A stretch of DNA of 64,000 nt from an uncultured Candidatus Saccharibacteria bacterium (GCA_964543385.1 CAZIYE010000001.1:127143-191142); one strand, 5' to 3'; positions 47,627 to 58,929 are shown, counted from the first letter of the stretch. Numbers and translations: made by a program. The notes: generated by a model from the letters alone, not told the origin.

Positions 47627-49786
47627 TTAGCTATTGTCTATTGTCTGTTCTGGCTTATCCCATGTCGCATAATCACACTCTGGATATCTGGAGCATCCCC
47701 AGAAAGATCTCCTTCTTTTTGTCTTTCTCTCTATCACTTCGCCTTTTTCACATTTCGGACACTTAATTCCAGTTTTACCAACGATAGCCTTTGTATTCTT
47801 GCATTTTGGATAATTCTCGCAAGCCAAAAATTTGCCAAATCTCCCCTCTTTAAGAACCATCTTGCCGCCACATTTTTCACATTTTTCCTTCTCAGCGTCG
47901 GGCAAGCTTTCTGTTTTGCCATCACCTTCTAGAACCTCTAAATTTTTGTCATCGGTTTTTGTTTCGATCGGTCTTGAATATTTGCAAGTCGGATATCCAG
48001 TACAAGCAATAAATTTACCAAATCTACCATGTTTAATTACCAATGGCTTGTCACATTCTGGACAAGATTCACCAGTTTCTTCAACAGGCATTACTTCATT
48101 TTTATTTATTTCTTTATCTTTTAAAGCTAGATTCTTAGCAAAGGGCTTGTAAAATTCATCAATAACGCCATGCCACTCTCTTTTTCCTTCGGCAATTTCA
48201 TCAAACTCATCTTCCATCTTTGCGGTAAACTGGTAATCGACTATCTCTTGAAAATGTTTTACAAGTAGATCGTTTACGATAGATCCTATTTCAGTTGGCT
48301 GAAATCTTTTTGTAATTAGCTCAACATAGCCACGTTTTTGTATTGTTTCAAGGGTTGGAGCATAGGTTGAAGGACGTCCGATACCCAAACTTTCGAGTTT
48401 CTTAACGAGAGTTGCTTCGGAATATCGTTTAGGCGGCTCGGTAAATTTCTGATCTTTGATCATTCTAATAAAATCAAGAATATCGCTTACTTCCATTTTT
48501 GGTATCTTGGTTGTTTCTTTCTCGGTATCATCATCGCTACTCTCCTGATAAACCTTCATAAAACCATCAAATTTAACCATCTCTCCCTTGGCTAGAAATA
48601 CATACTTCTTTGCGGTATCAGCAAGCACTTTTACCTTAACAACATCAATAATTGCATCTGCCATTTGAGTTGCAACAGTTCTTTTCCATATAAGATCGTA
48701 TAATTTTTGACCACGGCGGTCGTCTGTTACATTCAATTTCTCAAAATGAGTTGGTCTGATTGCCTCATGCGCTTCCTGTGCATGTTTTGTCTTTGTGGCA
48801 AAAGATCTTCCCTTGCCTGCTATATATTCTTCTCCAAATTGATTAGTTATTACTCCCTTTATCGCCAAGACAGCTTCAACAGACAAATTTATTGAGTCAG
48901 TACGCATATAGGTAATATGTCCAGCCTCATAAAGCTGCTGAGCTAAAACCATTGTTTGCTTAGGTGAATAGCCAAGTTTTCTCGAAGCCTCCATCTGCAA
49001 GGTCGATGTTGTAAATGGCGCCGATGGACGGCGGATTGAATCTTCATGTTTAATATCTAAAACCTGATAAGAAGCATTTTTTAGATTATTATAAATTTCT
49101 GTTGCTGCTTCCTCGGTCTTAATATCCATTTTTCCAACCGATTTACCATCTATTTCTGATAATAATGCAACAAATGATTCTTTGCTCTTTGTCGCAAGCT
49201 CTGCACCAATCAACCAATATTCCACTGGCTTGAAGTTCTCTATTTCTCTTTCTTTTTCCACTACCAAACGGACAGCAACAGACTGGACACGACCAGCCGA
49301 AAGTCCTTTTTTGACCTTTTTCCAAAGTAATGGAGACAGTTTATATCCAACAAGACGATCAAGAACTCTTCGCGCTTGCTGTGCATCAACTAAATTTATA
49401 TCAAGGTCTCTAGGATTCTTAACTGCATTTTCAATCGCATTTTTTGTTATTTCATGAAAAACAATCCTTTTTACTCTGGAATCTTTCTTCTTAAGCCCTA
49501 AAGCATGAGTCAAATGCCACGAGATTGCTTCTCCTTCACGATCCAAGTCAGTTGCTAAATAAACTATTTCTGCCTTCGATGAATATTCTTTGAGCGCTGA
49601 AATAGTTTTTTTTGCCTTTGGTAAAATTTGATACTGAGGATCATAATTTTTCTCAATATCGATCCCGATATTCTTCTCCAGCAAATCCCGAACATGACCA
49701 AAAGAAGCCAAGACCTTATAGTCACGACCAAGATATTTTTCTATTGTCTTTGCTTTCGCAGGAGACTCTACTATTACTAGATTCAT
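47627..49786 (-). CDS. topA: DNA topoisomerase I
   Basis: Toprim N-terminus (MNLVIVESPAKAKTI), active-site Tyr region (YMRTDS), and three C-terminal C4 zinc ribbons. Confidence 0.9.
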   Translation of the reverse strand: MNLVIVESPAKAKTIEKYLGRDYKVLASFGHVRDLLEKNIGIDIEKNYDPQYQILPKAKKTISALKEYSSKAEIVYLATDLDREGEAISWHLTHALGLKKKDSRVKRIVFHEITKNAIENAVKNPRDLDINLVDAQQARRVLDRLVGYKLSPLLWKKVKKGLSAGRVQSVAVRLVVEKEREIENFKPVEYWLIGAELATKSKESFVALLSEIDGKSVGKMDIKTEEAATEIYNNLKNASYQVLDIKHEDSIRRPSAPFTTSTLQMEASRKLGYSPKQTMVLAQQLYEAGHITYMRTDSINLSVEAVLAIKGVITNQFGEEYIAGKGRSFATKTKHAQEAHEAIRPTHFEKLNVTDDRRGQKLYDLIWKRTVATQMADAIIDVVKVKVLADTAKKYVFLAKGEMVKFDGFMKVYQESSDDDTEKETTKIPKMEVSDILDFIRMIKDQKFTEPPKRYSEATLVKKLESLGIGRPSTYAPTLETIQKRGYVELITKRFQPTEIGSIVNDLLVKHFQEIVDYQFTAKMEDEFDEIAEGKREWHGVIDEFYKPFAKNLALKDKEINKNEVMPVEETGESCPECDKPLVIKHGRFGKFIACTGYPTCKYSRPIETKTDDKNLEVLEGDGKTESLPDAEKEKCEKCGGKMVLKEGRFGKFLACENYPKCKNTKAIVGKTGIKCPKCEKGEVIERKTKRRRSFWGCSRYPECDYATWDKPEQTIDNS

Positions 49787-49898
49787 ACTTTTTGCCTTTT
49801 TTGATTTGTTTTTGTTTTATACTATTAGTTAAATTAACAGCTAGAAAATAAAATTACAACAGATGCTGGTATGACAATAAATAAGTTTGTCCAAAATT

Positions 49899-50978
49899 TT
49901 ATTTATTTAATTTATAAAAACCACCACCTGAGTTTACAACCATGCCCTTCATCTCGAGTATTGTTAGGACTGAATTTACAGCCACAATGTTAAGCTTACT
50001 TTGCCTAATCAAATCATCAATCAGGCAATCACCATTTGATAAAATATTGGCTATGATTTTTTCATCGTCCGACTCCGGTATCAGCTCTTTCGCTTTTTGT
50101 CGACATTGTGTTATTTCTATATTTAGTTCTTTCAATATATCTTCTACACCCAACACTAATTTTGCACCCTCCTGGATCAGTTTATTGGTACCAATAGAAT
50201 TTTCATTATCAATATTTCCAGGAAGAGCAAACACATCTCTGCTACATTCAAGAGCCTGATAAGCGGTTATTAAGGCACCGGATCTTTCTGCCGCCTCAAT
50301 TACCAAAACGCCACGAGATAATCCTGCTATTATTCTATTGCGAGCAGGAAAATTTTGCTTCATAGGCGGTACACCTAAGGGAAATTCCGTTATTATCGCC
50401 CCACCTTTTTCAATTATTTCTTGACCAAGATGAAAATTACTAACTGGATAAATACTGTCCAAACCGCAGCCCAGGACACCTACCGTTTTCCCATTTACAT
50501 CCAAGGCCGCCTGATGTGCAAATGAGTCAACGCCTAATGCTAAACCAGAAATAATAGTTATACCTAGGTCTGCACACTCTTTCGATAATTTGTATGAAAA
50601 CTTCTTACCATAGTTTGTATATTTTCGACTACCAACAACTCCGAGAGAAAATGTATCTAAGATACTAATATCCCCTTTTATATAAAGTACCGCTGGGCAA
50701 TCATAAACTTCCTTCAAAAGTTTAGGGTAATTTTTATCAAAAATTGTAATATAGCCCACACCAAATCTTGTCAGCTTATCTATCTCATCGTCAGGATTAT
50801 ATTTAGATCTAGCTTCTATAATATATGAAGCAATTTTTTCCCCAAGCTTCTGGACAAGATGTTCTTTACTATCGGACCACAAAGTTTTTGGGTTATTGTA
50901 CGAGATCAATATTTTTTTAAGAGTTTGTCCACCAATTTTATGGTGACAATTCAAGGCAATAAGATATTTAGTATCCAT
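49899..50978 (-). CDS. dprA: DNA processing protein DprA (Smf)
   Basis: Rossmann-like DprA core (GVVGSRKYTNYG ... GLALGVDS..H) and a C-terminal winged helix. Confidence 0.85.
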   Translation of the reverse strand: MDTKYLIALNCHHKIGGQTLKKILISYNNPKTLWSDSKEHLVQKLGEKIASYIIEARSKYNPDDEIDKLTRFGVGYITIFDKNYPKLLKEVYDCPAVLYIKGDISILDTFSLGVVGSRKYTNYGKKFSYKLSKECADLGITIISGLALGVDSFAHQAALDVNGKTVGVLGCGLDSIYPVSNFHLGQEIIEKGGAIITEFPLGVPPMKQNFPARNRIIAGLSRGVLVIEAAERSGALITAYQALECSRDVFALPGNIDNENSIGTNKLIQEGAKLVLGVEDILKELNIEITQCRQKAKELIPESDDEKIIANILSNGDCLIDDLIRQSKLNIVAVNSVLTILEMKGMVVNSGGGFYKLNK

Positions 50979-51051
50979 TTCCCTCCCTTAAACAATCTTA
51001 GCTATTTGAAAACTACTAATTTTACATTTGTTATATTATATAACTCTAATA

Positions 51052-52893
51052 CTACTTTGTTGCCTTAATCTTTTCTACTGCTTTATTGAGCAACTTCGAA
51101 TAAAGAACTAGGCCCATTGTTTCCATACTGCCATGTTGCTCTTTGCCTAATATATTTCCACCTCCCCTTATTTCCAAATCATGAAGAGCAATATTATAGC
51201 CACAACCCAATTCTGTATTTTCAGCAATCGCCCTGAGTCTTTTGATAGCATTTTCGCTAATTTTTTTATTTCGATATGTAAATAGTGCATAAGCCTTTTT
51301 AATACTCCTACCGATTCGTCCCCTGATTTGATAAAGTTGCGAGAGACCAAAATTATCTGAATCGTCTACTATGAGAGTATTCACGTTTTGCATGTCTAAA
51401 CCGTTTTCGATAATAGTTGAACAAACTAAGATGTCTATTCTCTTTTCCAGGAAATCCTTCATTGTTCGAGCCAAAGCTTTTTCTCCCATTTGACCATGGG
51501 CTACTTCAATATTCAGATCAGGAAATTTTTCCGACAACATTCTTTTAACTGAATTAATATTTGCTACTTTATTATGAAGATAATAAACCTGGCCAGATCT
51601 TTCTATCTCTCTCCCTATATATTTACAGATTTTATCAATATCAAAAACAGCAACTTCAGTTAAAACTGGCAGGCGCCCTTTTGGTATAGAACTTATAGAA
51701 GAAATGTCTCTCAAACCAGAGAGGGCCATAAATAAAGTTCTCGGTATGGGCGTAGCAGTCAAACTCAATACATCTATATGTTCACGATATTTCTTAAGAT
51801 TTTCCTTATCTTTAACACCAAACTTCTGCTCTTCATCTATTATCAAAAGACCAATATTCTTAAAATTAATATTACGACGTATGATTGAATGCGTACCGAT
51901 TAATATATCAACGTTTCCACTTTCACATTTAGATATTGTCTTATTCTGTGAGTCCACTTCAACAAACCTACTAAGCCGATCTATATTGATAGGAAGTTTT
52001 GATAAACGCTGGCAAAAAGTAGAATAATGTTGTTCCGCTAAAATTGTTGTAGGAACGAGTATAGCTACCTGATAGCCATTGGCTACAGTTTGCACGGCAG
52101 CTCTGAGAGCAACCTCTGTTTTGCCAAAACCAACATCACCACAAACCAATCTGTCCATCGGCTTCTTACTAGATAAATCTTTGAATACCTCTTTTATCGC
52201 TTGGATTTGATCTTCGGTCTCAGAGAATCCAAATGAATCGACTGATTTGTTATTCCATTCAGAATTAATCTCTCTTGGAACTTTTATAGTTAACTCTCTT
52301 TTCGCATAAACCAGTAAAAGCTCACGTGCTATTTTTATGACATCTTCATACACTCTCTTATAGCTTTTCTTCCAGGCTGTTCCGCCCAACTTATTCAGCT
52401 TAGGCCTTCTCCTGCCCACACCAATGTATTTACTCAATTTATCAGCCTGAGTTGATGGCACATACAAGACATCATTATTTAGATATTCTATTTCAAAATA
52501 GACAATTTCTTCCCCAGCAACGACTTTTACTCTAACCCTCTTGAAAATACCGATTCCATGATCTTCATGAACAATAAAATCGCCAGGGAACACTACACTT
52601 TTATCAACTAGTTTTAATTGGTTAGGTAGAAGATTTATTTCCAATAAATCTTTGCTCTTCTTTCCCGTTTCTAAGTCATATAAAAATATTTGTTCTATTT
52701 CATTACCAAAAAAATCTATTTTTATAGGCACTGAAATATCAGATGGAAAAATATTAATCATGCCCCCCGCCGAAACAAACTCTCCGCTATTAGAAATGTT
52801 TATTACTTTTTCATAACCAAAATCTACTAAAGCCCTAGTGAGATCAGCAATAGTATGATTTGTTCCTACTTTTAGTAAAATACTTCCCTGCAT
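51052..52893 (-). CDS. mfd: compact Mfd-like transcription-repair coupling factor (613 aa)
   Basis: CarD/TRCF RNAP-interaction motif (FIVHEDHGIGIFKRV), SF2 translocase motifs (GDVGFGKTEVALRAA, DEEQKFGV, QLYQIRGRIGRS) and a UvrB-like fragment (MINIFP...IDFFGNEIEQIFLYD). It is about half the length of canonical Mfd and lacks most of the N-terminal UvrB-homology region and D7. Confidence 0.7.
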   Translation of the reverse strand: MQGSILLKVGTNHTIADLTRALVDFGYEKVINISNSGEFVSAGGMINIFPSDISVPIKIDFFGNEIEQIFLYDLETGKKSKDLLEINLLPNQLKLVDKSVVFPGDFIVHEDHGIGIFKRVRVKVVAGEEIVYFEIEYLNNDVLYVPSTQADKLSKYIGVGRRRPKLNKLGGTAWKKSYKRVYEDVIKIARELLLVYAKRELTIKVPREINSEWNNKSVDSFGFSETEDQIQAIKEVFKDLSSKKPMDRLVCGDVGFGKTEVALRAAVQTVANGYQVAILVPTTILAEQHYSTFCQRLSKLPINIDRLSRFVEVDSQNKTISKCESGNVDILIGTHSIIRRNINFKNIGLLIIDEEQKFGVKDKENLKKYREHIDVLSLTATPIPRTLFMALSGLRDISSISSIPKGRLPVLTEVAVFDIDKICKYIGREIERSGQVYYLHNKVANINSVKRMLSEKFPDLNIEVAHGQMGEKALARTMKDFLEKRIDILVCSTIIENGLDMQNVNTLIVDDSDNFGLSQLYQIRGRIGRSIKKAYALFTYRNKKISENAIKRLRAIAENTELGCGYNIALHDLEIRGGGNILGKEQHGSMETMGLVLYSKLLNKAVEKIKATK

Positions 52894-53069
52894 AATTTGA
52901 CAATATACTAAAGATACTGCTAATATTCAAATGTTGAATAAAGTCCTATTGTCTGTGATCGAAAAACGTTGCCCCTCCTTTCGTTTTGAGATCACAGACG
53001 GTACCTACTTTATAAAAGAATTCCGCCGCAAGGTGGAATTCTTTTTTTATATGTATATTTTTATTCTTA

Positions 53070-53495
53070 CTATTTCTCGATCTCTACGCCCATGCTTCGT
53101 GCAGTACCGGCAATAATCTTTTTGGCCGCCTCAATATCATTCGCGTTCAGATCACTCATCTTAGAATTAGCAATCTCTTCTAACTGACCTTGAGATAGTT
53201 TACCGATTTTATTCTTCTTCGAATTATCAGAACCTTTTTCTTTTTTCATGGCCTGCATTATTAATACTGCTGCAGGTGGTTGCTTCAGGATAAAGCTAAA
53301 TGTTCTATCTTCGTAGATAGTTATCTCTACTGGAATAATAGTGTTACCCTTATCTTTAGTCTGGTCATTGAACGATTTACAGAATTCCATAATATTCACG
53401 CCATGCTGACCCAACGCAGGACCAACAGGAGGCGCTGGATTTGCTTTACCAGCAGGACACTGAAGTTTTACTATTGCTTTTATTGCTTTTGCCAT
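53070..53495 (-). CDS. rplK: 50S ribosomal protein L11
   Basis: [34 protein letters not shown]. Confidence 0.9.
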   Translation of the reverse strand: MAKAIKAIVKLQCPAGKANPAPPVGPALGQHGVNIMEFCKSFNDQTKDKGNTIIPVEITIYEDRTFSFILKQPPAAVLIMQAMKKEKGSDNSKKNKIGKLSQGQLEEIANSKMSDLNANDIEAAKKIIAGTARSMGVEIEK

Positions 53496-53607
53496 AATTA
53501 CCTTTTTGATTATAATCTGAAATTAGAAGCTTAAAAAATTTAGGATTATAACTTAATTATTCGTTATTTGTTTATTAGTTTGATTGGTTATCTGTATTAT
53601 TTGGCCA

Positions 53608-54249
53608 CTACATTTTCTTAACTTGAAGAAAATCAAGGTTTACGGGGGTTTCTCTACCAAACATGTTTACCATAACTTTAAGCTTGCCTTTGTCTTGGTC
53701 GACTTCCTCTACTTTGCCCTCAAAACCCTTGAGAGCTCCATCTGTGATTTTTACAAGATCGCCAACCACAAAATCAATCTGATATTTTGGCTCTTTTACA
53801 CCCATTCTCTTCTTTAATCTGTCGATTTCTTCCTTAGACATTGGGGTTGGCCTTACGCCAAAACCAATAAATCCGGTGACGTTTGGTGTATTTCTAACCA
53901 CATACCAGGAATCATCGGTTACAATCATATCTACCAAAACATATCCTGGAAAAATCTTCTTTTCTGCAATTTTTCTTTTGCCATTCTTGATTTCGATGGT
54001 CTTCTCTTTGGGCACAATCACATCAAAGATCTTGTCTTGCATGTTCATTGATTCAATTCTCTGTTTTAGAGAATCAGCAACTTGCTCTTCATATCCAGAA
54101 TAGGTATGAATAACATACCAACTTCGCTCACCGGTCTGCTTCAAAGTAAGAAACTTTTTACGTTCCTCTTTAACAGTTTCCTCTCCGTCTAGGCTCGCCT
54201 CAGCCGAGACTGATGGGCTCTCTTTTTCGATTGTTTTTTCTTCTGTCAT
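53608..54249 (-). CDS. nusG: transcription termination/antitermination factor NusG (with an N-terminal extension)
   Basis: NGN domain (WYVIHTYSGYE) and KOW (GDLVKITDGALKGFEGKV). Confidence 0.85.
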   Translation of the reverse strand: MTEEKTIEKESPSVSAEASLDGEETVKEERKKFLTLKQTGERSWYVIHTYSGYEEQVADSLKQRIESMNMQDKIFDVIVPKEKTIEIKNGKRKIAEKKIFPGYVLVDMIVTDDSWYVVRNTPNVTGFIGFGVRPTPMSKEEIDRLKKRMGVKEPKYQIDFVVGDLVKITDGALKGFEGKVEEVDQDKGKLKVMVNMFGRETPVNLDFLQVKKM

Positions 54250-54256
54250 TTTGCCC

Positions 54257-54454
54257 CTAACCTCTATTTTGTACTAAGTACTCAACTAATTTTGTTAAAC
54301 CGAAGTCAATGGCCGAAGTCAAAGCAATTGCAATGGCTGCAGAGACTAAGACAATGATCGTATGATTCACCACTTGCTTACCTGTTGGCCAACTAACTTT
54401 TTTAAGTTCCGACCATACCCCTTTGAAGTAAGTAACAATATTTAAGTTTTTCAT
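54257..54454 (-). CDS. secE: preprotein translocase subunit SecE
   Basis: 65 aa with a single TM; SELKKVSWPT motif; located directly upstream of nusG. Confidence 0.7.
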   Translation of the reverse strand: MKNLNIVTYFKGVWSELKKVSWPTGKQVVNHTIIVLVSAAIAIALTSAIDFGLTKLVEYLVQNRG

Positions 54455-54456
54455 AA

Positions 54457-54768
54457 TTAAAGTTTAATTTTTTTGATTGCAACAATTGTGTATTGTTGTC
54501 TGTGACCAAGATTTCTCTTGTAATGCTTCTTGGCATGAAATTTTATGCCGGAAACCTTATCATCCTTAATGTCTTTCACAATCTCCCCGCTCACAGTTGC
54601 TCCGGCAATATATGGATTGCCAACCTTAACATCTTTACCGTCATCAACTAAAAGAATATTAGAGAAAACGATTTCCTTATCATCCTCTTGATCAATAAGA
54701 TCTATCTTATACTCTTTACCTTCTTCTACTCTGTACTGTTTTCCTTTGTAAGAAACGATTGCAAACAT
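54457..54768 (-). CDS. rplU: 50S ribosomal protein L21
   Basis: N-terminus MFAIVSYKGKQYRV and C-terminus FHAKKHYKRNLGHRQQYT match the L21 termini. Confidence 0.8.
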   Translation of the reverse strand: MFAIVSYKGKQYRVEEGKEYKIDLIDQEDDKEIVFSNILLVDDGKDVKVGNPYIAGATVSGEIVKDIKDDKVSGIKFHAKKHYKRNLGHRQQYTIVAIKKIKL

Positions 54769-54862
54769 TATTCTCCTAACTTAAAAAAGACCCGAGGTCT
54801 ATCTTCAATGATAATATCACAAGGGATAAAAATGTCAAGACTTGTAAGCATTATAATAATTC

Positions 54863-55978
54863 CTAAAATGACAATTTTTTATGTCTTATAAAAATACTTT
54901 CGACAATCCCGATTGACAAAAAAGAAACAAGCAATGATGTACCACCAGAACTTAAGAACGGCAAAGGTATCCCCGTAACAGGCAAAAGACCGAGATTCAT
55001 GCCGACATTTTCAAGAACTTGAAAGAAGAACATAGCGGCAACGCCAAAAGCAATCAACATACCAAAATTATCTAACGCCAATTGAGCAATGGTAATTATT
55101 CTGACGATGAAGTAGCAATAAAGGAAAAGTAATACTATGCAGCCCAAAAAGCCAAAAGACTCAGCAATTCCCGCAAAAATAAAATCCGTATGTGCTTCCG
55201 GTAAGAATTGAAGCTGACTCTGTGTCCCCTTTCCAAGATTCTTGCCAGTAATACCTCCGGACCCAATAGTTATTTGGGCTTGTTTGACATTATATCCCCT
55301 ACCATAGGGGTCCATATTGGGATTCAAAAAAACTTCGATACGTTTACGCTGATAGTCTTTAAACATCTGCCCAAATGGTTTTATATCTAAATAAGCCAAT
55401 GCTATTGTCGATATTCCAATCGCGATAGTGACAAAGATAGCTGCAAGTTGGATCTTTGAAGGTTTTGAAAGTATCAGCATTATAAAATATATAAATACTA
55501 TTACCATCGCCGTTCCTAGGTCAGGTTCTATTAATATTAGAACGAGTGGCGGCAGAAGCATCAGTATGGAAACCAATATGTCTCTCCATTTTATTTTGCC
55601 TATCTTATCAGAGAAAAAGGTAGCGTATGAGAAAATTAAGCAGATCTTAGCTACTTCCGATGGCTGAAGCTGGAAAAATTTTAGGTCAATCCAGTTTTCT
55701 GCCCCGTTTGCAGTCTTGCCAATAAAATTCACTAATATCAGAAGTATCATCGAGATAATATAGAATATCCAAGAAGTTCCACGAAAGAAACGATAGTCTA
55801 TAAAAGAGACTGCGATCATGGAAACTATCCCAATGCCGCCAATAAGTGCCTGTTTTAAACCCAGGCCATCATTTGTTCCACCAAAAACAAGACTATATAT
55901 CACAGATACACTTACAGCCAGAAAAATAAGGGCAATAATCACTAGAGAATAATCAAATGTTTTGATCTTCTTTGACAT
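54863..55978 (-). CDS. ftsW: SEDS-family peptidoglycan glycosyltransferase FtsW/RodA
   Basis: Ten-TM topology and conserved SEDS loops (PSEVAKI, GSGGITGKNLGKG). Confidence 0.8.
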   Translation of the reverse strand: MSKKIKTFDYSLVIIALIFLAVSVSVIYSLVFGGTNDGLGLKQALIGGIGIVSMIAVSFIDYRFFRGTSWIFYIISMILLILVNFIGKTANGAENWIDLKFFQLQPSEVAKICLIFSYATFFSDKIGKIKWRDILVSILMLLPPLVLILIEPDLGTAMVIVFIYFIMLILSKPSKIQLAAIFVTIAIGISTIALAYLDIKPFGQMFKDYQRKRIEVFLNPNMDPYGRGYNVKQAQITIGSGGITGKNLGKGTQSQLQFLPEAHTDFIFAGIAESFGFLGCIVLLFLYCYFIVRIITIAQLALDNFGMLIAFGVAAMFFFQVLENVGMNLGLLPVTGIPLPFLSSGGTSLLVSFLSIGIVESIFIRHKKLSF

Positions 55979-55980
55979 AT

Positions 55981-58929
55981 CTATCTATTTATACCTATTA
56001 CGATCTTGGCACCATCTATATTATACTCTGCCTTGCCTTCAAAATTATTTTCTTCGCCATCGTCATGCCAATTTTTGCTATAAGATATGCTGTTAGCCAG
56101 AACTTCCTTGGCTACAATTTTCAACTCAATAGCTTTTATCAAATTCTCAGAACTAGTCTCATAATATACATTTATACGATCCGAGACATTGAAATTTGAC
56201 TCCTTGCGCAATGATTGAATATTCCTAATAATCTCCCGAGACAAACCCTCTATCTTAAGATCTTCGGTGATATCGGTATCTAACTCAACAGTATTCACAT
56301 CACCATCGGAATATCTAACATCTTTTACATTAACCTCTTCGGCAATAATTAATTCTAGCTCCTTATCCAATTTATCCCCGTGGTAGATCAGGGAATTTAA
56401 TGGCTGGCGAACTTTTATCTTCGCCTGAGCTCGAGATGACAAACCCATTTCAACTGTCTTGCGAACCTGTTGCATCTTGATATTCAAACCATCGTCAATC
56501 ATTTCCAAATTTTCTAATGGATAATTCTCCAGATGCACAGAATTTTTGTTTGTTAAGTTTCTATAGATCTCATCAGCGATAAATGGTGTAAATGGTGCCA
56601 AAAGCTTTGATAATTCAACCAGCACCGTCCAGAGAGTCGCATAGGCGTTATCTTTGTCTCCATCATTCTCTGATTTCCAGAATCTTTTTCTGGATCGTCT
56701 AATATACCAATTTGAGAGATTATCAACAAAAGGCGCAATAAGTCTGGCTGACTTTGTCAAATCATAGTCTTCCATGTTTTTGTTTATTTCAACAATCAGC
56801 TTATTCAACTCAGAGATAATCCATTTGTCCAACAGATTAATCGAACTGTTTTCTGTTGTCTGTTGTCTGTTGTCTTGAGCCGGTATCCACTGATCGATAT
56901 TCGCATATAAGACAAAGAATGAATAAGAATTCCAAAGCATCCTAAACATACCGCGTGATAATTCTGCCAAATCCTTCTCCGAAAAGTTGAGATTCTCTGC
57001 TTGTAAGACGGGAGAATTAAGAATGTATAATCTGACCACATCAGCACCATATTTATCAAACATTAGCATTGGATCAGGATAATTTTGAAGCTTCTTGGAC
57101 ATCTTTTTACCATCCTCTGCCAAGATAATGCCGGAAACAACTACATTCTTATAAGCATTTTTTTGCTTTATTGCCGTTGCCAAAATATGAAGATAGTAAA
57201 ACCATGCTCTTGTCTGGTCCTGCGCTTCACCAATAAAATCAGCTGGAAAAGTTTCGTCAAATTTATCAACGTTTTCAAAAGGATAATGAAGTTGAGCATA
57301 CGGCATCGAGCCAGAATCAAACCAAGTATCTAATACATCTGGAATTCGTTTCATCATGCCCTTACACTTAGCACAAGGAAAATCTATTTTGTCTACAACA
57401 TCTTTATGCAAATCGTTAACCTTCTTTCCGCTTGCTTTCTCCAGTTCTTCTACTGATCCGAAAACCACCATCTCTCCGCAATCATCACATTTCCAGATTG
57501 GGATAACAGAAGCCCAAAACCGCTGTCTGGAGATCGACCAGTCTCTAGCACCTTCTAACCACTTGCCGAATCTACCATCCTTAATATGCTTTGGCGACCA
57601 GTTTATCTCCTTGGCAAGCTTTAAAGCATCATCTTTGATTTCAGTTACCGAAACAAACCACGAAGAGGTGGCATAATTCAAAAGCGGCGTATCACATCTC
57701 CAACAATGTGGATATGAATGCTCATATTTTTCCTTCGAAAAAAGCAGCCCTCGATGTGCTAAATCTTTGATAATTTCGATATCGGTTTTCTGTGTGTCAT
57801 TTATATCTTTGACGTGCATGCCAGCAAAATTGCCAGCTTCTTCATTAATAATTCCGTCCATACCAACATGCTGAAGGAATGGAAGGTTATTTTTCTTACC
57901 GAGCTCCATATCATCTTCACCAAATGCTGGCGCAATATGAACTACCCCCGTTCCGTCCTCTGTCGTAACAAAATCACCAGCATAGATTTTCCAGCCATTC
58001 TCCCTATTTGGTAATTTGGAATCATCAGCATAATAACCAAAAAGTGGTTTATATGATTTGCCGATTAACTGACTAGATTTAAACTCTTCAACAATCTCAT
58101 AATTTCTGTCTTTCATGACATCGGCTAGGCGCTCCTTTGCAAGGATATAATTTTCCGTAACTCCTGACTCATCATTCTTAACTAGAACCTTTACATAATT
58201 AATGTCTTTTCCAACCGCCAAGGCGACATTTCCAATCAACGTCCAAGGAGTTGTTGTCCATGCCAGCACAAATGTCCCTGGCTCATCCACTAGCTCAAAT
58301 TTTGCAATTGCCGATAAATCTTTAACCAATTTATAGCCTTCGGAGACTTCAGACTGAGATAAAGTCGTCTCGCATCTTGGACAGATATGCATTGAACGAT
58401 AACTTTCATAGATAAGTCCCCTGTCCCAAAGCTCTTTAAAAACCCACCAGACAGATTCCATATAGGACAGATCCATCGTCTTGTAGGCATTTTCCATATC
58501 AGCCCAACGCCCCATTCGACGAATTACTGTCTCCCAGATTGAGGCATATTCCATAACCTTTGATCTGCAAATAGCGTTGAATTTATCCACACCCAAGTCC
58601 AAGATTTCTTTCTTGTGCGTGTATCCAAGTTCTTTTTCGACAATATTTTCGATTGGCAAACCATGACAATCCCAGCCCCAGCGTCTCGGAACTTTATATC
58701 CCTTCATAGTCCAATATCTTGGTACTACATCTTTAGTAATACTCTGCAGAATATGACCATAGTGCGGCGTGCCAGTGGCAAATGGAGGACCATCATAGAA
58801 GCTGTAAAGCTTTGCATCTTTTCGATTTTCAATAGATTTTTCAAAAGTCTTATTTTCATCCCAAAAATCAAGAATTTCTTCTTCAATTTTTGGTAAATTC
58901 ATCGCTGATTCAACTTCTTTAAATGACAT
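55981..58929 (-). CDS. ileS: isoleucyl-tRNA synthetase
   Basis: HYGH, KMSKK, CP1 editing domain, and zinc-binding Cys pairs. Confidence 0.9.
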   Translation of the reverse strand: MSFKEVESAMNLPKIEEEILDFWDENKTFEKSIENRKDAKLYSFYDGPPFATGTPHYGHILQSITKDVVPRYWTMKGYKVPRRWGWDCHGLPIENIVEKELGYTHKKEILDLGVDKFNAICRSKVMEYASIWETVIRRMGRWADMENAYKTMDLSYMESVWWVFKELWDRGLIYESYRSMHICPRCETTLSQSEVSEGYKLVKDLSAIAKFELVDEPGTFVLAWTTTPWTLIGNVALAVGKDINYVKVLVKNDESGVTENYILAKERLADVMKDRNYEIVEEFKSSQLIGKSYKPLFGYYADDSKLPNRENGWKIYAGDFVTTEDGTGVVHIAPAFGEDDMELGKKNNLPFLQHVGMDGIINEEAGNFAGMHVKDINDTQKTDIEIIKDLAHRGLLFSKEKYEHSYPHCWRCDTPLLNYATSSWFVSVTEIKDDALKLAKEINWSPKHIKDGRFGKWLEGARDWSISRQRFWASVIPIWKCDDCGEMVVFGSVEELEKASGKKVNDLHKDVVDKIDFPCAKCKGMMKRIPDVLDTWFDSGSMPYAQLHYPFENVDKFDETFPADFIGEAQDQTRAWFYYLHILATAIKQKNAYKNVVVSGIILAEDGKKMSKKLQNYPDPMLMFDKYGADVVRLYILNSPVLQAENLNFSEKDLAELSRGMFRMLWNSYSFFVLYANIDQWIPAQDNRQQTTENSSINLLDKWIISELNKLIVEINKNMEDYDLTKSARLIAPFVDNLSNWYIRRSRKRFWKSENDGDKDNAYATLWTVLVELSKLLAPFTPFIADEIYRNLTNKNSVHLENYPLENLEMIDDGLNIKMQQVRKTVEMGLSSRAQAKIKVRQPLNSLIYHGDKLDKELELIIAEEVNVKDVRYSDGDVNTVELDTDITEDLKIEGLSREIIRNIQSLRKESNFNVSDRINVYYETSSENLIKAIELKIVAKEVLANSISYSKNWHDDGEENNFEGKAEYNIDGAKIVIGINR

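Noticed and set aside
56855-56885. Short tandem repeat GTTGTCT x3-4 inside ileS.
   Set aside because: It lies in a coding region in frame (encoding a QQTTENS segment) and is too short for a meaningful microsatellite or phase-variation tract.
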